Shown here piece by piece: positions 17,865-26,462 of a stretch of DNA of 29,213 nt (the first letter of the stretch is position 1; each line of letters starts with the position of its first letter). The position numbers were made by a program, and so were the translations under genes. The notes beneath the pieces are model-generated. The model ran no database searches. It was not told where the DNA came from and saw only the letters and a list, made by a program, of their open reading frames with translations. The stretch is from an uncultured Dictyoglomota bacterium. Lineage in GTDB: Bacteria > Dictyoglomota > Dictyoglomia > Dictyoglomales > Dictyoglomaceae. Location: the NCBI GenBank assembly GCA_964654465.1, contig CAZZIO010000025.1, positions 1 to 29,213 on the forward strand, given 5' to 3'.

Positions 17865-20228
17865 CTATTCTTCCTTATCAACCCCATGATTGTATGCATA
17901 TTCAAGGGCTTCTATCTGCATATTCTTCAATAAATCTTTGTAATAACCTCCTTTATTCTGCAAATCTTCTACCCTTTCAATAACATCCATGGCTATGCTA
18001 TAACGATCTATCTGGTTCAATATAGCAAGTTGAAGGGGTGTGGTTATACCTCCTCTTCCTTTTAAGAAAGGTGCAAGATATCCAGCATCTATTCCTATTT
18101 TTCTATTTTCCCTATATCCTCTCACATGAATATTTCTATGATTATTTCTCCTATAGGTTAACCTATGTATAAGCCATGGATAACCATGGAAGTTAAATAT
18201 TATAGGTTTGTCTTTTGTAAAGTAAGAATCAAACTCTTTATCTGTCAGTCCATCTGGATGCTCTGTATTAGGTGTAAGAGTAAAAAGGTTTACCACATTT
18301 ACAAATCTTATCTTTAGATAAGGGAAAAACTCTTTTAAAAGCTTAACAGCATAGATAGCCTCTTTAGTTGGGATATCACCACAACTTGCAATAACAACAT
18401 CAGGATCTTCTTCTGGATGATTACTTGCAAAATCCCATATTCCAATACCTTTCATAGCATGTTTAAAGGCATCATCCATAGAAAGATATTGAGGATGTTT
18501 CTGTTTATCTATGACTATAATATTTATTCTATTAGTGGTTTGGAAACAATGCCATACGGTACAAAGTAATGTGTTGGCATCTGGGGGGAAGTATACTCTT
18601 ACCACATTAGGCCACTTATCCACAATAGATGTTATAAATCCTGGATCCTGGTGAGTAAAACCATTATGATCTTGTCTCCATACTACAGAGGTTAATAATA
18701 GATTCAATGAAGAGATAGGAGCTCTCCAAGGTACATCAGAAGAGATATCAAGCCATTTTCCAAATTGATTTACCATGGACGAGATTATGGGGGCAAATCC
18801 CTCATATGTATTTAAAAATCCATGTCTTCCAGTAAGAAGATACCCTTCAAGCCATCCCTCCAAGGTATGTTCTGAAAGCATTTCCATAGTTCTTCCAAAT
18901 GGTGTAAGATATCCTTCATCCTCATCTTCAGAAAGAATCTTCCCCATAAAAACCTTTCCATATTCAAATACTGCATCTAATCTGTTTGATTTTGTTTCAT
19001 CAGGTCCAAAGACCCTAAAATTATCTGGATTCAATCTTATAACTTCCCTTAAAAACACACCTAAAGGACGTGTATTTTCTGCCTTATCCTCAAAGGGTTT
19101 ATCCACCCCCACTGCATAATCCTTAAGATTGGGAAGTTTTAATTCTTTTCTCAATAATCCACCATTAGCATATGGGTTAGCACTCATTCTTCTCTCTCCA
19201 GATGGGGCTATCTCCCTTAAATCTTCCCTAAGCTTACCATCAGGAGTAAATAATTTTTCAGGTTCATAACTTCTCAGCCAAGCCTCCAAAACCTTCAAAC
19301 TTTCAGGATTTTCCTTTGCATCAGAAAAAGGCACTTGATGAGCTCTCCAATATCCCTCAATATAGTGTTTTCCAACCTTCCTTGGAGCAGTCCAACCCTT
19401 TGGAGTCTTTAAAATAATCATAGGCCAGTAAGGTCTAAATGGCTTATTCTGAGATCTGGAAGTATCCCATATATTCAGGATTTTTTCTATACAAGAATCC
19501 ATAGTCTTTGCCATCTTCTCATGTACTTCAAGAGAATCTTCCCCTTCCACAAGATATGGTTCATATCCATAGCCTTTAAAAAGATTTAAAAGCTCTTCAT
19601 TATCTATTCTCGCCAAAATAGTAGGATTATTTATCTTATATCCATTAAGAAGTAATACTGGGAGTACTGCTCCATCCTTAACAGGGTTTAAAAATTTATT
19701 TGAATGCCAACTGGTGGCAAGAGGACCAGTTTCTGCCTCACCATCACCTACCACAGTAATGGCTATAAGATCTTTATGATCAAAAACAGCACCATAAGCG
19801 TGAGACAAACTATAACCAAGCTCTCCACCCTCTTGTATAGATCCAGGAAGTTCTGGAGTACAATGGCTACCAAGACCTCCCGGAAATGAAAAGGCTTTAA
19901 AAAGATTTTTCATACCCTCTTCATCTTGACTAAACTGAGAATAAAGTTCACTTATAGTTCCTTCTAAATATGCTGGTGCAATAACACCTGGTGCTCCATG
20001 TCCAGGACCTGCAATAAATATACAATTAAGATCATATTTTTTTATTACCCTATTACCATGAACATATACAAAGGAAAGTCCAGGACTTGCCCCCCAATGT
20101 CCAAGAAGCCTCTCCTTTATATGCTCAGGTTTTAATGGTTCCTTTAAAAGAGGATTATCAAGAAGATAAATCATCCCAGCTGAAATATAACAGCAAGCTC
20201 TCCAATACTCGTTTAACTTTTCAATCAT
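17865..20228 (-). CDS. xfp: Xylulose-5-phosphate/fructose-6-phosphate phosphoketolase
   Basis: LLGHWG, GPGHG, EGGELGY, GDGEAETGP, NGYKINNP, GPDET.SNRL, LSEH, WRQDHNGFTHQDPGF, FHGYP. Confidence 0.97.
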   Translation of the reverse strand: MIEKLNEYWRACCYISAGMIYLLDNPLLKEPLKPEHIKERLLGHWGASPGLSFVYVHGNRVIKKYDLNCIFIAGPGHGAPGVIAPAYLEGTISELYSQFSQDEEGMKNLFKAFSFPGGLGSHCTPELPGSIQEGGELGYSLSHAYGAVFDHKDLIAITVVGDGEAETGPLATSWHSNKFLNPVKDGAVLPVLLLNGYKINNPTILARIDNEELLNLFKGYGYEPYLVEGEDSLEVHEKMAKTMDSCIEKILNIWDTSRSQNKPFRPYWPMIILKTPKGWTAPRKVGKHYIEGYWRAHQVPFSDAKENPESLKVLEAWLRSYEPEKLFTPDGKLREDLREIAPSGERRMSANPYANGGLLRKELKLPNLKDYAVGVDKPFEDKAENTRPLGVFLREVIRLNPDNFRVFGPDETKSNRLDAVFEYGKVFMGKILSEDEDEGYLTPFGRTMEMLSEHTLEGWLEGYLLTGRHGFLNTYEGFAPIISSMVNQFGKWLDISSDVPWRAPISSLNLLLTSVVWRQDHNGFTHQDPGFITSIVDKWPNVVRVYFPPDANTLLCTVWHCFQTTNRINIIVIDKQKHPQYLSMDDAFKHAMKGIGIWDFASNHPEEDPDVVIASCGDIPTKEAIYAVKLLKEFFPYLKIRFVNVVNLFTLTPNTEHPDGLTDKEFDSYFTKDKPIIFNFHGYPWLIHRLTYRRNNHRNIHVRGYRENRKIGIDAGYLAPFLKGRGGITTPLQLAILNQIDRYSIAMDVIERVEDLQNKGGYYKDLLKNMQIEALEYAYNHGVDKEE

Positions 20229-20252
20229 AATATCAACTCCTTTCTTAAATTT

Positions 20253-22058
20253 TTAATCAGCCCCTCCACCACCGCCCCCACCTCCTCCACCTCCTCCAGA
20301 AGAAGAGGAGGAAGATGTAGAGGAAGCTACACTACTTGAAAAGGCATTGCTAAAACTCTCAAGAGAAGAACTAAAACTTTGAATAGAATCTGATAAGCCC
20401 GTTATACTCCCTGCATAAGCGGGAGCATACCATGTTATCTGATCTACAGGGATACTTAACATCTGCATTGCCTTTAAAACTTCCTTAGCAACTCCTAACA
20501 CAGTACCATAGACCAAATACTTCTCCCAAAGAACTAAAGAAGAGGGTGGTCGCTCTGAGATAAGAGAAAAATCTTTCAAATACCTCTTAAAAGCCTTCCA
20601 TCTTAAAGCAAGTAATTTCCCTTCAGGAGAATATCTTTGTGCTGAATGCATAAAAATAATAGAAATAACAATGTTTATACCTATAATTAACATTAGCATA
20701 AGTATACTCCAAGAGTGTAGTATAGAGGTCAAAATTCCCAAAAAAACCTCTACCACAATCCACAAAATCATTAAGTATAATAATTTTCTTTTTCCTTCAT
20801 CAATTATCCATTTCTTCTCTTGAAAGACTACTTTTTCTACTTCCTTATCAAAATCTTTCTTGAAACTACTTAAATTTTTTTTCTTTAAATCAGAAACATA
20901 GAATTCTTTACCAAACTCTTTAAATTTATTAAGAAGAAGTTTTAATTCTCCAGAAAGATCTTTCTCTACTTCTTTATCCATTATGATGATCTTATAATCT
21001 TTATGCTTTATACCTAAAAACCCCTCTTTAATCTCTTCTTTAAACTTGAGATATCCTCTTCTTGCCAGCTCAAGAGTTGAAGCCACAATAGAATCAGGCG
21101 AAAGGTTAGATGCTTGATTTAAAAGAGCATCTACCCATGCTGGTGGTATATCTGAAGGTGGCTCTTGCTCATACTCTCTATCATATTGTACCTTAGGCTC
21201 CCTTCCATATTTAAAATATATACGAAGAGGTAAAACAAAACCAAGAAGTAAGAATATTACTGACAATATACCAAAGATAATCGTTAAAATAGCTTGTATA
21301 AGCTGTTTTCTTTCTTCTTCCTTTTGCCACCTTTCCTCTTCTTTTAAGATTAAATCTTTACCATTTTTAGATATTGACTCAACCTTAAACGGATCTAAAT
21401 TGGTCAAATAACCTCTTGGAAATACTACTCTTACCTCTACCCATTGATGAGGTGGTATACTTCCAGCATATGCAATTATTCCTTTGTAATCTCTTTTTAT
21501 TCCTATCTTTCCCTCTATCTTAGGATGGAGCCAATAATTTATATCATTTTTGGATTTTATTTCAGAGGGTAAATTAACTTCTACCCACAAAGCTGGAAGT
21601 CCTATATCCCAATCTCCTCCCCATACTTTCCAATAGAATTCAGCCACGTCATTATATACTTTTAGGGCATTGGTTAACTTATAGCTTATTACAAAAGTCT
21701 TTTCCGTATAATTTGCTCTATAAAACCAACTAATTTTATACTCTTTACTATTCTCAACCACATCAAAAGTAGCTGGAATCCTCTCTGATGTTTCAGGATG
21801 ATAGGCATAATTCTTTAGAGATCCCCCAACTATCTCACCTACGGATACATCCTCCAAAGTATATTTTCCTCTTGGTATAGTAATCCATGCCCTTGAGAAA
21901 GATCCTGAAAAATCATAGGTTAATTGATTTTTAACATCTATCTCTCCACTTGGCAAAATATTGTAATATACTCTTGCTTCTCTTATTCTATATTCCTTTC
22001 CATAAGATATGGTAAATAATAAAAGAAGGATTAATAAGAATTTAAAAATCTTATTCAT
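20253..22058 (-). CDS. DUF2207 (YciQ-like) membrane protein
   Basis: Start moved to ATG 22058 (AGGAGGAG RBS 22068-22061); signal peptide, EFYWK, EPPSDIPPA, LARRGYL, WKAFKRYL, WEKYLVYG and a Ser/Gly-rich C-terminal tail. Confidence 0.9.
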   Translation of the reverse strand: MNKIFKFLLILLLLFTISYGKEYRIREARVYYNILPSGEIDVKNQLTYDFSGSFSRAWITIPRGKYTLEDVSVGEIVGGSLKNYAYHPETSERIPATFDVVENSKEYKISWFYRANYTEKTFVISYKLTNALKVYNDVAEFYWKVWGGDWDIGLPALWVEVNLPSEIKSKNDINYWLHPKIEGKIGIKRDYKGIIAYAGSIPPHQWVEVRVVFPRGYLTNLDPFKVESISKNGKDLILKEEERWQKEEERKQLIQAILTIIFGILSVIFLLLGFVLPLRIYFKYGREPKVQYDREYEQEPPSDIPPAWVDALLNQASNLSPDSIVASTLELARRGYLKFKEEIKEGFLGIKHKDYKIIIMDKEVEKDLSGELKLLLNKFKEFGKEFYVSDLKKKNLSSFKKDFDKEVEKVVFQEKKWIIDEGKRKLLYLMILWIVVEVFLGILTSILHSWSILMLMLIIGINIVISIIFMHSAQRYSPEGKLLALRWKAFKRYLKDFSLISERPPSSLVLWEKYLVYGTVLGVAKEVLKAMQMLSIPVDQITWYAPAYAGSITGLSDSIQSFSSSLESFSNAFSSSVASSTSSSSSSGGGGGGGGGGGGAD

Positions 22059-22070
22059 GTCTCCTCCTAA

Positions 22071-22100
22071 AATTATGTAAAGTTTAACATAATTATAGCA
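22071..22100 (-). promoter_or_regulatory. Extended -10 promoter plus palindrome at the head of the DUF2207-xfp unit
   Basis: Minus strand TGCTATAAT (22100-22092); inverted repeat AATTATGT-N8-ACATAATT (22071-22094) between the -10 and the RBS. Confidence 0.6.
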
Positions 22101-22157
22101 TTTTAAAAGGTAAACTTTTGAAGAAAAGAAACTTGATTTCATAAATTTTTATCGATA

Positions 22158-22184
22158 ATTGTAACAAAGATAAAATGTTATAAT
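22158..22184 (+). promoter_or_regulatory. Extended -10 promoter with imperfect inverted repeat for the propeller unit
   Basis: TGTTATAAT (22176-22184); ATTGTAACA (22158-22166) is its reverse complement with one mismatch, 9-nt spacer. Confidence 0.5.
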
Positions 22185-22219
22185 ATGGAATAGTTACGAT
22201 ATTTAGAAAGGAGAATAAA

Positions 22220-23533
22220 ATGAAAAAATTATTGATTACTATTTTAATCCTTACTCTTTTTATTTCCATAAGTTTTTCTGAGATATCAGTTAAAAAGGTA
22301 TTAAAACTTGAATCCAATATAAATGGAAATAAGTTAGGAGAAGCTGTTAAATTTTATGAAAAGATAGTAACTACTAAAAGCTTTAGTATCAATGTAAAAA
22401 AAGAAAATAAAGTTCAATATAAGGTCTGGCAGAAAACTTTTGGTGGGGAAAATGATGATTATGGGTATTCTGTAAAGCAGACAAAAGATGAAGGGTACAT
22501 CATTGCAGGACATACATGGTCTTTTGGGAATGGGGGGTCTGATTTGTATGTAATGAAGCTTGACAAAAATGGATATACAATTTGGGAAAAAGCTTATGGG
22601 GGAAAATCTTGGGATAAAGGAAACTCAATTTATGAAACAACAGATAATGGGTTTATTGCTGTTGGTGGAACAAAATCCGTTGGATCAGGCAATGTTGATT
22701 TTTACATAATAAAACTTGATAAAAATGGAAATAAAATTTGGGAAAAAGCTTATGGAGGAAGTAAGAATGAGGAAGCATATTCTGTTCAGCAAACAAAAGA
22801 TGGAGGATATATTGTTGCAGGTTTAACATATTCCATTGGCTCAGGAGGAAAGGACGTTTACATTATAAAACTTGATAGAAATGGTAATAAAGTTTGGGAT
22901 AAAACATATGGAGGAAATGGTTGGGATGAAGCCTTTTCAATCCAACAGACAATAGATGGAGGTTATATTGTTGCAGGATTTTCAGATTCATTTGGGGCAG
23001 GTAATGGTGATTTTTATATCATAAAGCTAAATAAAAATGGAAGTAAGGAATGGGAAAAAACTTTTGGTGGAAAAAATTATGATGAAGCATATTCTATCCA
23101 GCAGACCAAAGATAAAGGATATATTGTTGTAGGTTGGACAGAATCCTTTAGTAAGGGGGGGAGTGATGTTTACATAATAAAGCTTAACGAAAATGGAGAC
23201 AAAGTTTGGGAAAAAACTTTTGGTGGAAAAAATAATGATTGGGGATTATCAATACAGCAAACAAATGATAGTGGTTATATTGTTGCAGGGGTTACTGAAT
23301 CTTTTGGGTTTGGTGGAAAGGATGTTTACATTATAAAACTTAATAAAAATGGGAATAAAGCCTGGGAAAAAACTTATGGAGGAATAGATCGTGATGAGGC
23401 ACTTTCTATCTGGCAAACATGTGATGGGGGATATATTATAGCAGGATTTACATTGTCTTTTGGATCAGGAGGATATGATGTTTATGTGATAAAAATAAAT
23501 GAAGAAGGTAACACAGGACCATATCCACAGTAA
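22220..23533 (+). CDS. Secreted seven-repeat beta-propeller protein
   Basis: AAAGGAG RBS; signal peptide; seven repeats W.KT(F/Y)GG...D...SIQQT.DGGYIVAG.T.SFG.G..DVYIIKL..NG. Confidence 0.88.
   Translation: MKKLLITILILTLFISISFSEISVKKVLKLESNINGNKLGEAVKFYEKIVTTKSFSINVKKENKVQYKVWQKTFGGENDDYGYSVKQTKDEGYIIAGHTWSFGNGGSDLYVMKLDKNGYTIWEKAYGGKSWDKGNSIYETTDNGFIAVGGTKSVGSGNVDFYIIKLDKNGNKIWEKAYGGSKNEEAYSVQQTKDGGYIVAGLTYSIGSGGKDVYIIKLDRNGNKVWDKTYGGNGWDEAFSIQQTIDGGYIVAGFSDSFGAGNGDFYIIKLNKNGSKEWEKTFGGKNYDEAYSIQQTKDKGYIVVGWTESFSKGGSDVYIIKLNENGDKVWEKTFGGKNNDWGLSIQQTNDSGYIVAGVTESFGFGGKDVYIIKLNKNGNKAWEKTYGGIDRDEALSIWQTCDGGYIIAGFTLSFGSGGYDVYVIKINEEGNTGPYPQ
22427..23518 (+). repeat. Seven tandem 156-bp (52-aa) intragenic repeats
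   Basis: Trp codons opening each unit are at 22427, 22583, 22739, 22895, 23051, 23207 and 23363, exactly 156 nt apart. Confidence 0.95.
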
Positions 23534-23534
23534 T

Positions 23535-24662
23535 ATGTTTATCCAAAAAAATTTTGAAACCATGTATTTTTCCCAAAAAGACAACATAAGAGTGGTAGAG
23601 CTTAAAGGTAATCCCTATGAGATAGGCTATCAGCATGGAATAGCTCTTAAAGACGAGATTCAATATTTTAATGATAACTTTGAGAATTTAATATGTCTTT
23701 TTCAAGGCAAGATAAAAGGGAAATTATTTTATAGATTAATGCTTAAAACTGCAAAAGATTTTGAGAAAAAGATACTTAATTTTTACCCTGAATCCAAGGA
23801 ATTTTTTGAAGAAATGAAGGGAATTTCTGATGCCAGCCATGTACCCTATGAAAAAATTCTTCTTTTCAATCTTACCGATGAAATATCTACTTACTATATT
23901 GGTAAAAGCATGAGAAAAAGCTGTTCATCCTTTGTTTTTAGAAATAAAGATGGAAGTTTAATTATAGGAAGAAATCTCGATTATGGGGTATTCATAGATG
24001 AACTTCCATTATGCACTACTATTTTTAAATATTACCCAGAAAAAGGAAATTCCTTTATAGCTATTTCTTGGCCTGCCCTTGTTGGGTCTTATACTGGTAT
24101 ATCAGACAATTTATTCGTTTCAATAAATGTATCCCAAAGTAAAAGAAAAGAGATGGGAGCTCCAGAATTTCTCCTAACCCGCAAAATAATTCAATATTCT
24201 AATAACTTAGATGATCCTTTAATAAATGCTCCATATACTTTTCAAGGATTAAATGTACTTGTCTCAGATAAAAATAATGCAGTTATTCTTGAAATAAGTC
24301 CAAAGATGAAATACATAAGGGATTTAAGGGATAAAGGCTTCCTAATAGCTACAAATCACTATCAACATCCTGAAATGATATCAGAACAAGCACAAAGACT
24401 TGTTGAAGAAATGCCTATCCCTCTTAAAGATGGGTCTTATGTTCACCAGATAGATACAAGGGAAAGGGAGAAAATAATAAGAGAAAAAATAGAAAAAGTT
24501 AATAATATAGATGTGGAATACGCCAAAGAAATTCTTAAAAGTGTAAGTACGAGGTTAACATTACAAAGTATTATTTATTTACCAAGAGAAAGAAAATTAT
24601 TTATAGCCCAAAACATTAAATCTCCGGTAACTTATGGAACATGGGAGGAATTTAATATATGA
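23535..24662 (+). CDS. C45-family / acid-ceramidase-like Ntn hydrolase (autoprocessed, Cys nucleophile)
   Basis: G.PYEIGYQHG, EEMKGI, processing site KS|CSSF, IGRNLDY, ATNHY, TLQS. Start uncertain (ATG 23499, 23535 or 23562); no signal peptide seen. Confidence 0.8.
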   Translation: MFIQKNFETMYFSQKDNIRVVELKGNPYEIGYQHGIALKDEIQYFNDNFENLICLFQGKIKGKLFYRLMLKTAKDFEKKILNFYPESKEFFEEMKGISDASHVPYEKILLFNLTDEISTYYIGKSMRKSCSSFVFRNKDGSLIIGRNLDYGVFIDELPLCTTIFKYYPEKGNSFIAISWPALVGSYTGISDNLFVSINVSQSKRKEMGAPEFLLTRKIIQYSNNLDDPLINAPYTFQGLNVLVSDKNNAVILEISPKMKYIRDLRDKGFLIATNHYQHPEMISEQAQRLVEEMPIPLKDGSYVHQIDTREREKIIREKIEKVNNIDVEYAKEILKSVSTRLTLQSIIYLPRERKLFIAQNIKSPVTYGTWEEFNI

Positions 24663-25114
24663 ACCTAAAATTAATAATAAAAGTTTTTCTTCTTTCAATA
24701 ACACCCATTGGAGAATGCAGAGTTTCCATACCATATGGAATATATAATGGGCTTTCTCCTTGGGAAACTTTTTTAATAAGCTTTTTAGGAAATACATTAA
24801 TGGGTATAGCGATATATTTTACTATTGATTTTATAAGTAGGGCTCTCCTTAGTAGAGAGCCCTTAAAAAGTTATTATGAAAGATTTTTAAAAAGAAAATT
24901 GAGAAAGCTAAAAATATATCCATCTGGCCTTGTTTTTTCATTGGTAATTTTTATAGGAATTCCTCTTCCTGGAACAGGAGCTTTTACTGGTGCCATATTA
25001 GCCAGAGTCTTAGGCCTAAATTTTAAAGAAGCCTTTTTTACCATAACCTTAGGTGTTATATTTGCAAGTTGCATTGTATCAATGCTTACCCTATTTAGTA
25101 ATATAATTTTTTAA
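24659..25114 (+). CDS. Putative small multi-drug export family membrane protein (COG2426-like)
   Basis: PIGECRVSIPYG, GN, FIGIPLPGTGAFTG; about four TMs; ATGA overlap with the upstream gene. Confidence 0.85.
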   Translation: MNLKLIIKVFLLSITPIGECRVSIPYGIYNGLSPWETFLISFLGNTLMGIAIYFTIDFISRALLSREPLKSYYERFLKRKLRKLKIYPSGLVFSLVIFIGIPLPGTGAFTGAILARVLGLNFKEAFFTITLGVIFASCIVSMLTLFSNIIF

Positions 25115-25115
25115 A

Positions 25116-26462
25116 TCATTCTATTTCATTAAGTCTAAAGTAGAACCTGACTACTGATTTTGCATTTGGAATTTGACCTGCAAATACATATTTTTCCAAT
25201 CTCTTCTTCCAAGAATTTATTTTTTCTTCTCCTTTTTCCAAAAGAGAAAGGTTATCTCCAATTTTCTTCTTCATAGTTTTCAAATTTTTCTCCACTTCAA
25301 CAAGTCCTAAAAGCTTTTTCCCCTCAATTTCTCCCCCATAAAGCATTATATTTAACATATTCTCAATATTCTGAATACCTTGCAAAGAAGTCCCAATTAT
25401 GTCCATAGCCTTTTTACTTTGAAAAGCAAGATCCCCAATAAAATCTCCAATGTTTTTTATATCATCTGAGAAACTATTAGTCTCTATCTCTTTCTTAACC
25501 TCTTCCGCCATCATCAATGCCTTTTTCCAATCTTCATCATTACTACTTTCTGCTTTCCCCTTTATAAATCCATATAAATTATTAAAGCTTTTGGGATACT
25601 CTTTTAAATTTTTTGATATTAAATAGGCTTTATTTTGATTAGCCATAAGGGTAAAGGGCAAAGTAAGGTATTCTTGTGGAATAATTGGAGTATTTTTCTC
25701 TATACCTTCAAGGATTCCTTTAAGAATTTTTTGATGAGCTTGATTAAGTAAAAGAAAGCCTTCAATTCCCTCATTAATAGATTTAAGTTGCTCTTTCATT
25801 GATAAATCAACTGGAGGAAGGGATGGAAGTGCAGTGAAGGTAATAGCAGGTACCTTCAATTTTTTACCTCTCAAAGAAAGCCTTAATTTTGCATCAGGAA
25901 TAGGATATGTAAAACTTGTAAGCCTAACTGTTTTCCCCAATACCATTATCATAAAATCATTGGGATTCCTAAGTACAAAATCATCGGCAGAAAACTCAGT
26001 AGACATTACTACTCTTAAAGGAATATCTTCATTAGGTTTCATATAAATCTCTATATCTAAATCTCCTGATTTCCCTAAAAAATCCCTTGGTTGTACTAAT
26101 TTTCCATTATATTTATAAGTAATCTTAAAATCTAAAGGAACCTTTTTATTAACTTCTCCTGTTAAATATATATTCTTATTGTCAGAAGATTCTCCATAAA
26201 TCACTATGTTACCCTTTTCTACCTTCATTTTTAGATCGTTAGTGTGCAACTTTACATTTTTAATATATTTTCCATCTTTTATGATATTAAAATTTCCCTT
26301 TCCTTCTATACTAATCCAATTTACAAGATCTACCCTTTTAGCTTTACCTTCAGCTCCAAGAAGGACATAAATGGTTTCATCATTTTTAATCTCTAAAGAA
26401 TGTCCCAAAGAAATACTAAAAATTATACCCATCAATATTAATATGATAATTCCTCTTTTCAC
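25116..26462 (-). CDS. Secreted protein with beta-rich N-terminus and long helical region, MMPL-associated
   Basis: GTG start overlapping the MMPL stop (GTGA), GGAGG RBS, signal peptide; DETIYV, P...ITY..NG, GKSG; helical/coiled-coil-like C-terminal half; terminal strand VRFYFRLNEI. Confidence 0.75.
   Translation of the reverse strand: MKRGIIILILMGIIFSISLGHSLEIKNDETIYVLLGAEGKAKRVDLVNWISIEGKGNFNIIKDGKYIKNVKLHTNDLKMKVEKGNIVIYGESSDNKNIYLTGEVNKKVPLDFKITYKYNGKLVQPRDFLGKSGDLDIEIYMKPNEDIPLRVVMSTEFSADDFVLRNPNDFMIMVLGKTVRLTSFTYPIPDAKLRLSLRGKKLKVPAITFTALPSLPPVDLSMKEQLKSINEGIEGFLLLNQAHQKILKGILEGIEKNTPIIPQEYLTLPFTLMANQNKAYLISKNLKEYPKSFNNLYGFIKGKAESSNDEDWKKALMMAEEVKKEIETNSFSDDIKNIGDFIGDLAFQSKKAMDIIGTSLQGIQNIENMLNIMLYGGEIEGKKLLGLVEVEKNLKTMKKKIGDNLSLLEKGEEKINSWKKRLEKYVFAGQIPNAKSVVRFYFRLNEIE

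Noticed and set aside
20256..20345. GC-rich low-complexity tract
   Set aside because: Encodes the Ser/Gly tail normal for DUF2207 proteins; not an RNA gene or contingency locus.
22059..22142. Extended N-terminus of DUF2207 in the ORF track (likewise 13492-13506 and 15787-15792)
   Set aside because: Downstream starts have strong, well-spaced RBSs, and the first two give clean signal peptides; the extensions run through promoter or RBS sequence.
22427..23518. Regular repeat considered as CRISPR array or DGR template/variable repeat
   Set aside because: In-frame, degenerate 156-bp coding units with no repeat-spacer structure; no cas or reverse transcriptase gene in the window.
23499..23537. 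Programmed frameshift fusing the propeller to the C45 hydrolase
   Set aside because: Frames overlap by only 35 nt, no canonical slippery heptamer or stimulatory structure is evident, and an ATG 1 nt after the stop explains coupling more simply.
370..26046. Short ORFs in the track overlapping longer genes (e.g. 370-603, 2593-2925, 6598-6993, 11811-12227, 13553-13918, 14337-14525, 18775-19119, 25834-26046)
   Set aside because: They lie antisense to, or out of frame within, well-supported genes and show no recognisable motifs; typical shadow ORFs.
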